This document shows positions 10,164 through 21,244 of a stretch of 64,000 nucleotides of DNA, piece by piece. Each line of letters begins with the position of its first letter. The first letter of the stretch is position 1. The translations under genes were made by a program, and so were the position numbers. This DNA is from Perkinsela sp. CCAP 1560/9 (taxonomy: Eukaryota > Protista > Euglenozoa: Kinetoplastea), in assembly GCA_965644495.1 (NCBI GenBank), contig CBFFSA010000013.1:124001-188000 (forward strand), written 5' to 3'. Below the pieces are notes generated by a model. It saw only the letters and a list, made by a program, of their open reading frames with translations, searched no databases and was not told the origin of the DNA.

Positions 10164-11927
10164 CTACACTACATCCGCGCACGTTATACTGGACACCACA
10201 ACAATCACCTTAGACATCTTTCCCGGCGCCGCACTCTGCTCCCTTTGGTACGCTTGCGCTGCACCGTACAACCCCTCCCGTCTCCCTTGAGGTCTTGTTT
10301 TCCCTGCACCTGCAACAGCCTCCCACATCCCCCTCCGGTTCCCCGGCCTCTCCCCTCCCTCCGTCGGTGCGTCCCGTTGGCTCGCGTCCCTGGGCAAGGG
10401 CTCGAGGAACGGCAACGAGAGCACCAGGGACTGGACATTTAACTCCAGCACCACGGCCGTACAGAGTACGGTGCCATAGAGTGCATCACTCGCGGTAGCC
10501 CCCCGCATGAGGTACACAACCGTGTGTTGTAAATCCCGAGGCAGCGGGGCGTGAGGGAGAGGGGAAGCCTCGACAACCGAAGCCATCTCCCCCCTCTCCA
10601 TCTCGCTTTTGTTTTTTACCCCCCCGAATACTTTTTCAGAGGTTAGGGGTTTACTCCTTTCCCCTTTCTTCGAGTGTAAACGAAAGAACTCCACCCGTTC
10701 TAACGGAATGGTGTGGGTCGCGGGACTCACCCGCACCGACGCGGCTCCGTAGAACCACCGTTGCAGGTTCTCCCTCACCCGGAAACCGGAGGGAAGTGCC
10801 ACCACCCCGGTCGACACAGGAAGACACTCCACACCTACCTTTAAAAAGGTAGCGGTTCTCCCCTCCCTATTGTTGTTACCCTTTTCTTCATCCCCTGGTT
10901 GACCGCGATTTTGTTGACCGCGATTTTGTTGACCGCGATTTTGTTGCTCGCGATTTTGTTGCTCGCGATTTTGTTGCTCGCGATTTTGTTGACCGCTCCC
11001 CACCCGGCTCGCGATTTCATGCGCCAACCTGTCGTCGCCCAACACGACGACGTGGGTGACACGAAGCCGATCCACCACCCCCCCCACGGTCTCCAGCGCC
11101 ATCCCGGGGGGCGTGTCAATGACCACCCCACCGGAGGCCACCGTGTCGCTGGTGTGATGCGTGAGGCGCTGCTCGGTGAGGTGACAGAGACGCTCGAGGG
11201 CGTGGGCATAAACCGCGGGGTCCTCGAACGGGCGAGCGGTCCCGACCGGGAGATGCAGCCCGTTGGTCCCCGCCACCGCGACCTCATCGATCGCGTTGGG
11301 GTGGTCCCAGGTGCAGGCGGTGAGGACCCCGGGGGGACCGGAGAGGGGGGCGTGGGGGTCGAGCTCGAGAAGCGTGGGGGTGTGACCGCAGCGGGCGGCG
11401 TAGTTCAGGAGGATACGACACAGGGTGGTTTTGCCGGAGCAGGGCGGGCCGAGGACGAGGGTACGGGGCGAGGCCAGAGGGGGTGGGGAGGGGGGAGATG
11501 GGGCCCCGGTGGGGAGGCCACGCAGGCGGGCCTCGTGAAGCAGGCTGTGAAGTTCAGCGTAGAAACGCATGGGGGTGGAGCGTGAAATATACGCAGAGTG
11601 GAGTATTTTCGAATTTGTGCATTGAAATTTTACGGTGCATCCTGTCCAGGAGAAGATGGCGAGGGAGCAGCCCCAAGGCAGGGTGTAGGCCACCCCAGGA
11701 AGAAGGGGAGCGCCAAAGATCTCGGCATGTGCTCTATGCTCCTCAAGTAAAGTGACTTCAGCAAGATGACTCGGTATTGAGGAATCCCCATCATCGCGAG
11801 AAAACGGAATGGGTAGGAAGATGCGGAGTTCGGACTCCGGACACAATACAAAGTTCTGAGTATCTGTGGGCACGTCAAGTTTTCCCTGTAAGTTGAAAGT
11901 TTCATGCCCTCTAGCGAGATAGTGCAT
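10164..11927 (-). CDS. CLP1: Clp1 polyribonucleotide 5'-kinase / cleavage-polyadenylation factor
   Basis: ELR..AEIFG.., AIFSWTGC, TPM..Y, Walker A GPPCSGKTT followed by LCRILLNYAAR, and GGVVIDT. Confidence 0.92.
   Translation of the reverse strand: MHYLARGHETFNLQGKLDVPTDTQNFVLCPESELRIFLPIPFSRDDGDSSIPSHLAEVTLLEEHRAHAEIFGAPLLPGVAYTLPWGCSLAIFSWTGCTVKFQCTNSKILHSAYISRSTPMRFYAELHSLLHEARLRGLPTGAPSPPSPPPLASPRTLVLGPPCSGKTTLCRILLNYAARCGHTPTLLELDPHAPLSGPPGVLTACTWDHPNAIDEVAVAGTNGLHLPVGTARPFEDPAVYAHALERLCHLTEQRLTHHTSDTVASGGVVIDTPPGMALETVGGVVDRLRVTHVVVLGDDRLAHEIASRVGSGQQNREQQNREQQNREQQNRGQQNRGQQNRGQPGDEEKGNNNREGRTATFLKVGVECLPVSTGVVALPSGFRVRENLQRWFYGAASVRVSPATHTIPLERVEFFRLHSKKGERSKPLTSEKVFGGVKNKSEMERGEMASVVEASPLPHAPLPRDLQHTVVYLMRGATASDALYGTVLCTAVVLELNVQSLVLSLPFLEPLPRDASQRDAPTEGGERPGNRRGMWEAVAGAGKTRPQGRREGLYGAAQAYQREQSAAPGKMSKVIVVVSSITCADVV
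10898..10996 (-). repeat. 15-bp coding minisatellite (QQNRE/QQNRG) inside CLP1
   Basis: About 6-7 tandem cgcgattttgttgac/gct units. Confidence 0.95.
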
Positions 11928-12183
11928 AAACTCCTGTAGGATATTTCTATGGATAGAATAACGAAAATCTAATCACTTTTCCGAGTTATGAAAACAAAGA
12001 AAAAGACTAATGAGCTGTATTGTAGAATTCCTATAGACCATATGAACCTTCTCTTTAATGTTTTTAAGTAAGAAGTAGGTATTTCTTAAAAAGTGCGCTC
12101 GGTCTGATCCATTCAATGAATTTCATACAAGTTCTACAAAGGAGATTGTTTATATTTTCTATGAAAACATCGCACATTTCAAT

Positions 12184-13395
12184 CTACGTATCTCCATCAA
12201 ATCCTTTAGGGTGAAGTCGATTGTTGTTTACACCCACACTCAGTACCTGTTTGTCCCAAGTTCTCCGATCCTCACGACTTTGATAGTGTCGCATGCGGTT
12301 CTGTCGCGCACGTTCCTCTTGAGCGTGATTAGCGGTCAACTTTTGTCCACCCGAGTAACACCGCAAAGCTGAAAAACGATCTCGAAACGATGTCATTGAC
12401 GAGTGCGGCGTATTTACAGCATACAGACTTGTCTTCTGTCCTCGAGCATTTATCGTCAAATGATTTCCACTGATTCCTCGTCCAGTCGTATGCCCCCGAT
12501 CAAGTATTTGTCGCAGCTTGCCATCCGCAGTGGATTGCAAGGCAAGTTGCCCCGATTCTCTCTGGGGGCCACTATTACCCACGGAACGATCCAAATAGGA
12601 TTTCACAGGACCGCAGTAACTTTTCCCTCGTTTTGCAAACGGCCCGGTACGTGTTTTTTGGTCCACATTGAGGTCACTGGCTATTGTCTCAAGCCACTCT
12701 GTTTCATAGTACGGGTCATATTCCCCCGTAGACAGAGCAGACAGGGGAATAGCGGTGTGGCGCTGATCCCTCATATGCATTTGGACCGCAGTCAGGGAGT
12801 CAAACTCCTTGGAGGACCTCTCGGAGGACTCACACGTGATGCACAGCCCGGCAGAAATCTTTCGTGCAAGATAACAAAGCAGTCCCTGAAGGTCGTGAAG
12901 ATGGATTTCAAAAGGTATTTCGAAATTGTGGACCGTCTTCATATGGGATATAGTGGTCGTGATGTTTGGAAAGAGAGGGGATCGTAGGCAGAACAGACAG
13001 TGCAGTTCCGTGATGGAACTATCGGAATTGGAAACTGATTCAGCGTACTCGAGAGAGGCTTCTTCTTTACAATCGGATAGCGTTTCATTTTTTCGGGTGG
13101 CGTTTTGTAGCTTATTGTAACGATGTGTCCGGGAACGTACGTGGTCTTGTAAGGTCAATGCAGTGTTAAATGTCTTCTGACACAACTTGCAAAAGTATTG
13201 AGCTGAAGAAACGCGTTGAACGTCAGTGTTGGAAGGTTGCAAAAGCGAAAGCTGAGCCGACCCTGAGGCTCGTGTACGTACACGAAGATTATGAATGTGT
13301 GTCTCACTGGAATAATGTTGTCGCAAGCTGAACAAATCGCCTGAAATAGAGATCGTGCATGTGCTGCAGTAGTGAGGGGCACTCTCGGTGTTCAT
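12184..13395 (-). CDS. REI1: Rei1/ZNF622-like C2H2 zinc-finger 60S biogenesis factor
   Basis: Four C2H2 fingers; HY.SETHIHNL, CLFC..HM..VHNFEIP..DLQGLL.YL..KI, AVQMHM, and terminal VGVNNN.L. Confidence 0.85.
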   Translation of the reverse strand: MNTESAPHYCSTCTISISGDLFSLRQHYSSETHIHNLRVRTRASGSAQLSLLQPSNTDVQRVSSAQYFCKLCQKTFNTALTLQDHVRSRTHRYNKLQNATRKNETLSDCKEEASLEYAESVSNSDSSITELHCLFCLRSPLFPNITTTISHMKTVHNFEIPFEIHLHDLQGLLCYLARKISAGLCITCESSERSSKEFDSLTAVQMHMRDQRHTAIPLSALSTGEYDPYYETEWLETIASDLNVDQKTRTGPFAKRGKSYCGPVKSYLDRSVGNSGPQRESGQLALQSTADGKLRQILDRGHTTGRGISGNHLTINARGQKTSLYAVNTPHSSMTSFRDRFSALRCYSGGQKLTANHAQEERARQNRMRHYQSREDRRTWDKQVLSVGVNNNRLHPKGFDGDT

Positions 13396-13440
13396 TTATA
13401 GTAGAGAAAAAAGAAAGAAATAGAGAAACGAATGTACGTA

Positions 13441-13743
13441 CACCCCCGCTAATTAATTTTTATAAACATAAATTATAAAAATTTTGCATTCGTATTTATA
13501 ATTTAGACAAATTATTTTGTGAAGGTACCGGTTGACGTCACCAATATCACGTACTTTTCCCGACGATAGTGAAAGCATCAGCATTCCCAATACTTTCGGA
13601 ATGCCGTTTCGACCACTTTGATGAAAAAAGCCATACAAGTTTGAAAAAACGTTTTATAAATTACACAACGAAGATTTACTATAATTAAGAAAAGTATAAA
13701 GGTCGAAAAATCACCCGTTCATAAAAATATATTAGCAGGGGTG
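13441..13743. mobile_element. MITE, TA TSD
   Basis: ta|cacccccgctaat ... attagcaggggtg|ta; a shorter relative lies at about 32293..32386. Confidence 0.8.
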
Positions 13744-14049
13744 TAATTTAGAACCCGACAAAAGACGTTACCCGGTGTCAACAGAACTCTCTACATAACT
13801 ATGGTGTCATTGATTAAGAGAGAGATATTCTAAGAAATTCTGAGTAAGGTACTCGCCTATTGCATTTTATTGTCATCACAAAACAACGTTTTTTGAGAGT
13901 TTTGTGGTCGATATCGGAAGTTTTGTGACCTGTAAGTTCCTCTTGCACTGTACCTCTTCCACGTTCACAAGTCGAAGAGACGTGATCACTTCATGAATCC
14001 AGGTGCAGGAGTACTCTCCCTCTCCTTAATTTTTATAAATTATAAATTA

Positions 14050-14228
14050 CTGTCCCCCCCGTTTAAGCGCACCTCGTTTTCCGCGAAAAGTGCGCTTAAA
14101 CGGGGGGGTCTGAATCACTACATAAAAAAGAAATTGGCACCGCTTCGCGGCGCCGGGCTCTTTCCTTCAACTCTATGTGCGCTTAAACGGGGGGGGGGCT
14201 GACCAGGTGCGCTTAAAAGGGGTGGCAG
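14050..14228. mobile_element. pogo-type MITE, TA TSD
   Basis: ta|ctgtccccccc-gtttaagcgcac ... gtgcgcttaaaaggggtggcag|ta. Confidence 0.8.
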
Positions 14229-14260
14229 TATAACAAAAAGTGAGTTATAATTATAATTAT

Positions 14261-14496
14261 AAACCCTGTTCTGGGTTATTGTGACTAGAGATACTTATTG
14301 TGCAGGGGGAGACAATAAGTGGAAACAACCACTATTATTGTGCCCTCCCCTCCAAAATATGGCGCCGCCAGGCGGCGCCAATTTTTTTTACCCTTTTTTG
14401 GGTTTTCCAATATTTAGTTATTGTGCCTAGAGCCAGGTATTGTGCCTAGAGCCAGTTATTGTGCAGGGGGGGGCGCAATAACCCGGAACAGGGTTT
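14261..14496. mobile_element. MITE with about 22-bp TIR and possible 6-bp TSD (aattat)
   Basis: aaaccctgttctgggttattg ... caataacccggaacagggttt. Confidence 0.7.
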
Positions 14497-14900
14497 AATT
14501 ATAAAATTAATGATCCCGTATAAATGACCGCTATTCCAAAAACAGGTCGGCGTTAGTACGATCTGTAAGATGGTAGTGCCAGGGAAGACCGCGAGCAGGT
14601 CCCGACCATGCTTCCCCATGCTGAATTTTTTCGGTGAATCGCGTTTTACAAAAATCAGTATCTTCATCTCAGGAAGAAAATCCCGCCCAAAAAAGATTGT
14701 CTTTTCCCCTACATGAGCATTTTTTCATGAATCAATATCTGAAGCTGAGTCAAATAAGCAAAAGAAATCACATAGAGGTAATGTACTATAAACAAAATAA
14801 AGTTTGTATTTTCTCACCATCTGCCTCCAGCATAGAAATCAACCATTTGCGCTTTTCTGTAAGAATTTTCTTCGTAGGGCGTCTATCCACGTTCACAAAA

Positions 14901-15787
14901 TTTCTTTTTTAGCCTCTTCGTTAAACGCGGTGGTTGTTTTCAACTTAGAAGTCACTCATGCTGCGCGCTTCGCGTTGAAAACTACCGCCGCGTTTAACGA
15001 AGAGCCTAAAAAAGAAAATTTAGCCTGAAAAACGGAAAGATTATAGCCAAAAATAGCCGAATTTCGGGTAAAAATGGGGTGATTTTCGCGTATTTTTGCT
15101 CTCAGAGCACTAAATCCGACATTTGCGCGTGGGAAATCACTCGTAGGCATGAATGAAAGCCTACCGAATGTAAAAGGTAGAGAATGCGACTCCAACCATA
15201 CCATTCTTTCGACACAAAAATGCCCCTTTAGGTCCGAAAAATACTTTTTCACCTTTTTTAGTCAAAAATGGGTCATTTTGAGGGGCGCACCACGGTTTGA
15301 AGAAGGGATACCTTGCGAAAGCAACTGCGGAGAAAGCTAGTGTAGGTCCCAAACTATCAAAATACAATAGGGGAAACGATTTTGGAAAAATATTTTTTTT
15401 GTCATTTTTTTCGCCAAGTTGAAATTTTTTTCAAAAAATTTTTTCCGAAAAAATCCGAACTTGGCGGACCCGTCCTGCGGATACGCGGGGGGGTCACCCC
15501 CGGGTAGGGGTGTGGAAAATGCGCGCCAAGACCCCGGCTACCCTTTCTGCGTTTTTTTTTCGAAAACTAATTTTTTCGAAAAAATTTGCTCGACCATGAA
15601 CCCCCCTGGACCCCCCCCATGGACCCCCCACTTTTTTCAATTTTTTTTTTCAGTTTTGGTCCACCGGAGCCCCCTTTTATATTTTTTTCTTCTATTATAT
15701 TACTGTGTTCCTCTTTATATTTTCACTGTTTTTGTTCACTTTTTTTCAATAATCGAGGGTAGAGCGGTAGTTTTACAACCACCGCAA
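14901..15787 (+). mobile_element. Non-coding hairpin-ended element, copy 1
   Basis: Nearly identical to the reverse complement of 20266..21195; 44-bp-arm palindrome at one end and a short hairpin at the other. Confidence 0.85.
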
Positions 15788-16513
15788 TCCATCTTAAGTA
15801 GAATAATAGAAAAAATTCTTTGGTTTAGAATAAAATTAAGAAATAGCGTTCGATTAATTTCTGATTAATAAAAATTAATGATCCCGCATAAACTAAATTT
15901 TTATAACTCGAAATCCATTTATATAAATTAATGAGAGAGGGAGTATTATAGTAGCTGTCTACTTGAGAACTCTTTCTCGAGTACAGAAACGAACTCTTCT
16001 CGAGTACAGCCGAAGCCAAACCCTCCAGGCAAAAAGGACCGAAACGAGCTCATCTATTGGCCGCAAAATATATAAAAAAAGTTACAAGGTTACAACAAGG
16101 GGGTGACGTATTCAATTGAAATGATTTTCCTCCCCGATTCCATATTCTGATACCTTATGACCCATGGACTCAACGGGACATTAGTACAAGCTTGAAGCGC
16201 GGTACTGTGTAAAATGGGAGCCGCTGTGTTAAGTTTCCATCTTCTGCAAGAAAGAGTTGCTCTATCAACAGAGTTCCCCTATCAACAGAGTTCCTCGGAG
16301 CATTGCACCACCGATCATAAATAATAATAATTCTCTGCACCCTTGTTGATGCTGAGAGATTTAAATGGGTACACAAGACGGTGGACAAGGTACTTTATAG
16401 TTTATATCTGAATACCGTAAGACGGATGGGGTACGTCATTAAGTCTTAATGAACATCTTAAGATGATGTCGCCGTGACTTTTGTGCTCATGACTCCAAAA
16501 TCATTTTTGAAAC

Positions 16514-16626
16514 TCTTTTAGTCGCTTCGGTAAACGAGGTGGTTGTTTTCAACTTCGAAGGCACCAAATCTGCGCGCTTCGCGTTGAAAACTACCTCCGC
16601 GTTTAACGAAGTGACTAAAAAAGAAA
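16514..16626. repeat. Diverged copy of the terminal palindrome of the hairpin-ended element
   Basis: Same arms and gcgcttcgcg loop element. Confidence 0.85.
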
Positions 16627-17259
16627 TAATTGCCAGGAAAAAGGAAGAAACCAGAGAGAATACAAACGAAAATGACCGACTTTTGGGTAAAAATATTAGT
16701 AATATTTTTTAAAAAGTCTTTTTCAGTGGAGGAAAGTTACTTTAAAGTACTTTTTTTTACTATAAAACTTTCAATTTTTTTTTCCGTTTATCCAAAAATT
16801 CGGTAGAGTAGAACTGCCATGACCTTTTCTTCGCATTCGAACTTCAGGTTACCTGTTATCTTGGAAATTGAAAGGGGTGAAAGGAATTGAAAGGGGTGAA
16901 GAGGGTGAAAGGGAGTGAAGGGTCTCGCATTACGCGAATAGGTACTTTTCCATTGAGTGAGTTGAGAGAGAAAAAAATGTGCGTAAAGAAAGATAGTAAA
17001 AATGCTGCTAAAGTGCAACTGATTCGCAAAATGCAGTAAAAAGCAAAAAAAGTACTTTATCAGCCCAAATGCAAAATTGAATACAAAACATTTGAACACC
17101 GAGAAAAGAATCGCGCCTCAACTGCCGATGTGACATCGATTGGTGTTGACATTTTCGATCAATTTTCAATAAATACAACACTGTAAACACCTGGAGAGAT
17201 CAGAAAGTTCGAACTCTTAATCACAGTGTCCAAAGTCGACCACCAACGTGTTTCTTTCT

Positions 17260-17610
17260 TCATGTTCCCGCATCTGACACGACGTGAACAGCAAAGATGC
17301 GTTCAGATTGAAGTTCATCCAATGTTTGCTCAAGCAGAAGCTTGAATGCGGTGGCATCAGTTGATGACACAGGCTTGATAGCCCAACACATCGAGATTCC
17401 TTTACGTACGAGCGTCACGGCACATGTCGTGCGGCGGTGAATAGTGGAGGTATCCATACATACACTTACCATACATTGTTGTTGTGAGAACAAGAACACG
17501 TTCTGGTTCTCAGAATCGAAGAACACTGTTCTCAGAACATCGAGAACACGTGGATTTAACTCAGCGGTCGTCATCTCCTCGTGAGAAAGTGTGGTGATTT
17601 TTGTCCTCAT
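17260..17610 (-). pseudogene. hAT-like transposase fragment (separate subfamily)
   Basis: VSVCMDTSTI..., AVHVVSDAG resemble the D1 and D2 strands of the hAT/DUF659 catalytic core. Confidence 0.5.
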
Positions 17611-18088
17611 AAACTATGTAAACCCTCCCGACGGTTATTGTTCACATTTTTTATTGTTCACATTCTTTATAGTTCACAATTTTTTGAAATAACCTTGGCG
17701 GATCACCGTCTTGATTTGTAAAATCATTTGGATTGCAGAAGGAATTTCATCGGGAAACTTCAAGGTAAATAACATATTGTGTTGTTCCGAGCGACGGTGA
17801 AGCAGGCTCTGTTTCAGCGGATGCGTTGTCAGATGATGATTCTTCCAATATTAGCACAAGTGATGCGACCCTCAACGAAGCAAGATCTGAGGAAAATTCT
17901 TCTGAAACAGAAGCAAACGAATCTTCTGAAACAGATGACTCCAATGAAACTGAGACAGAAGATAGTTCTGCAGGATCCTCGGAATGCTATGGAGTCCTCC
18001 TTATCTCGTCCGGATGTTGTTCTTTCTGCATTTAACAGATTAGGTTACCTTCATCCTTGCAAAGCTTCCATTAGAAACATTGATTATC

Positions 18089-18116
18089 AAGATACAGTTT
18101 CTGTACCTTGTTGGTA
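18089..18116 (+). other. Spliced-leader (mini-exon) 3'-half-like sequence with GT donor
   Basis: aagatacagtttctgtaccttgttg|gta versus kinetoplastid SL ...AAGATACAGTTTCTGTACTTTATTG|GTA (recalled consensus). Confidence 0.6.
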
Positions 18117-20265
18117 AATTTTCCTTTAGCTCATCTTTTCTTTCCCCGGCAACGGGCATAATCTTACTGTTTTATATGCCCGTTGCCGGACGGCACTAAG
18201 GCCGAAACTGTCCCTCTTTCTCGGCGAAGCAGGGGACGCACTTCCACCCCTTCACCCCTCCCCGGATCACTCTTTGAGTGAGTTTACTTCCCTCCCCGAC
18301 TTTCTTACCTTCGCGCCTTTCCTTCCCGGGGAGCCATGCTCCATGGCGGCCTCCCTTGAGGACCACTGGGCGTGGCTCTGCCTCTTCTTATCGCGAGGCA
18401 GCGGTCGGTTGCAGTGCGCCCCTCCGGCTGGGTAAAGAGAGGGCGAGTTGCCTGGACCCCCTCTAACGACAGAGTCCGTGCACCCTTGGTGCGACATCCG
18501 TCATCGCGGAGTGCGCCGATGATATCTGCCGTCGCATCAAGGGCTGTATCTCTGCGTCAACGAGCGCATGGACATCAAACTTGAGGAGCCAGACGATGTG
18601 GTACCCCCAGACGATGTGGCACTCCCAGACGATGTGGCACAAAGTACGCGAAATGCACGCGAACGCGATAACATCGATCGGGCATCGCATACGTTATTAC
18701 AAAACAGAATGCCCGCTAAGCAACGCAAGATTACAGAGTTTGTAAATGTTCAACAGAACGATGACAGTGTTGAAGAACCTCCCCCGTAGAAGGGAGGTAG
18801 ATTGTCCTCTAGGGGCCGAGGTAGATGGGGCTGTCCCATGACTGGAATTCTTGTGAAGCCGGCTGCCGCGTTTGAAGCGGGTCAATGGCGAGAGCCGGGG
18901 AGAGAGATAGAGTAGGAAAGGAAAAGAGGAAGAAGCCAAGAAACGTTTGCCCTTGTGTAAGATTGTAGGTGCACTGCATGTATCCAAAGTTGTTAGTATC
19001 AAAAGATTTTTGATGCCAAGTACGTAATATTGTACCAATGCTACACGTTTGTAAGATGAAACTACAGGCGCGTTGCCCCCCTCTTAGCCCGGAAGGTATG
19101 CAACAACCAGAGCGAACTGTCTGTGAAGTAAATACATACATCTCCGCAGTACGGTACTTCGTACTAAGCGTAGTACAGACCCCGTATTTCGTACTAGTAC
19201 GTACTAAGTACCGTACTATCCGTACTTAGTACGAAGGTCCGTACTTCATGCAGTTTGTCTAACAATTTCAAATAAAGAAACCACACTGAAGTAGTGTACC
19301 ATGTGACGCTGAAGGGCTGCAACCTCTGTCATGAAGGGCATACATGTTAACACTCACAAAATAAAAGCAAATATAGAAGTAATTTAAAAGGAATATAGAA
19401 GAAGTATATGGTGAAAGCATAAAAATTTGAATCAAAAGACACTCTATATTTATCACAATTTTCTCACTTGCTATGAACTAACGAATAGGTGATCGCCGAC
19501 ACCCGCCCAAAAAATGTATAAGAGAACGGAAAGGAAAAGTGAAAGTGATCTAAGAACTTTTAGAAGCTATTTTCATTGAATGTATAGAATGCTGTATATT
19601 TTTTTAACAAAGGTATGCAATCAATATCATACATTACAAGATTCCATTAATTTTAGTTTAATACTACGAAAAATCACCCTAAATTAGTCCAATGAGAGGG
19701 TGGTTACTCTGTAAAATCTTTGTCTTCGCCTTCACCTGTATCGCTACTTTCGTGAAGATCAAACTCACCTTCCTCGGATGATTTATATTGCGTTTTCGGG
19801 CTATGAGTCACTCTTTTAATCTTATTTAGGTTTCCACGCAAAAAAAATCCGGTCAGCAATCACACGTGGAGGGAGTCTGGATTGTCGAGGACTGTACATA
19901 TACGACAATATCGATAGCCATGAGTCACACTTTGTCACGAGAGGTGGCGTCCAAACGTAATGACGCGCGGCGAAAGCAATAGATGGGAAAAGTCTATCAC
20001 CCGTAGTGCACCAGTAATCATTACTGTGCACAGAGGGATCCCACTCAAAGTCAGTACAAGTGACGTACGCTAGCCACTCTGTGTCAGTACTGTGACCCTC
20101 CCCTTTAATATGCACCCCCTTCCCCCCCCCTAAATATGCACAAATTCGATGTTGAATTTTCGGAGCGTTTTTTTGAGAACAGATGTTTTGCCTATTTTTA
20201 CCCAATTTCTTCAAAAGGCTTTGTGCTTTTAAGCCTCTGATGTGCATCTATGTATGTGGAGATAA

Positions 20266-21195
20266 TTGCGGTGGTTGTAAAACTACCGCTCTACACTCGA
20301 TTATTGAAAAAAAAGTGAACAAAAACAGTGAAAATATAAAGGGGAACACAGTAATATAATAGAAGAAAAAATATAAAAGGGGGCTCCGGTGGACCAAAAC
20401 TGAAAAAAAAATTTGAAAAAAATGGGGGGTCCATGGGGGGGGGTCCATGGGGGAGGTCCAGGGGGGGGGTCCAGGGGGGGGGGGTCCAGGGGGGTTCATG
20501 GTCGAGCAAATTTTTTTCGAAAAAATTAGTTTTCGAAAAAAAACCGCAGAAAGGGTAGCCGGGGTCTTGGCGCGCATTTTCCACACCCCTACCCGGGGGT
20601 GACCCCCCCGCGTATCCGCAGGACGGGTCCGCCTAGTTCGGATTTTTTCGGAAAAAAAAATTTGAAAAAAATTTCAACTTGGCGAAAAAAATCGCAAAAA
20701 AAATATTTTTCCAAAATCGTTTCCCCAATTGTAGTTTGATAGTTTGGGACCTACACTAGCTTTCTCCGCAGTTGCTTTCGCAAGGTATCCCTTCTTCAAA
20801 CCGTGGTGCGCCCCTCAAAATGACCCATTTTTGACTAAAAAAGGTGAAAAAGTATTTTTCGGGCCTAAAGGGGCATTTTTGTGTCGAAAGAATGGTATGG
20901 TTGGAGTCGCATTCTCTACCCAATACGTTCGGTAGGCTTCCACTGATGCCTGCGAGTGATTTCCCACGCGCAAATGTCGGATTTAGTGCTCTGAGAGCAA
21001 AAATACGCGAAAATCACCCCATTTTTACCCGAAATTCGGCTATTTTTGGCTATAATCTTTCCGTTTTTCAGGCTAAATTTTCTTTTTTAGGCTCTTCGTT
21101 AAACGCGGCGGTAGTTTTCAACGCGAAGCGCGCAGCATGAGTGACTTCTAAGTTGAAAACAACCACCGCGTTTAACGAAGAGGCTAAAAAAGAAA
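20266..21195 (-). mobile_element. Non-coding hairpin-ended element, copy 2, nested in the pogo 5' region
   Basis: Inverted near-identical copy of 14901..15787; absent from pogo copy 2. Confidence 0.85.
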
Positions 21196-21244
21196 TATAT
21201 ATTTGTATACTTGTTCCTCTCTTTCTCCCGTACTTTTCACCCTT

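Noticed and set aside
10899-11585. 228-aa + strand ORF with a hydrophobic repeat
   Set aside because: Antisense shadow of GC-rich CLP1 and its minisatellite.
15149-15868. F/P-rich ORFs here and at 20248..21140 and 51762..52098
   Set aside because: Products of homopolymer-rich non-coding TE sequence.
18075-18250. Intact SL RNA gene or hammerhead ribozyme (gccgaaac)
   Set aside because: The 5' part of the exon does not match, there is no Sm site at the expected place, and there is no CUGANGA core.
14901-21195. About 0.9-kb inverted repeats read as the TIRs of one composite transposon
   Set aside because: The right copy is nested inside the pogo element and a third terminus occurs at 58922, so they are independent insertions.
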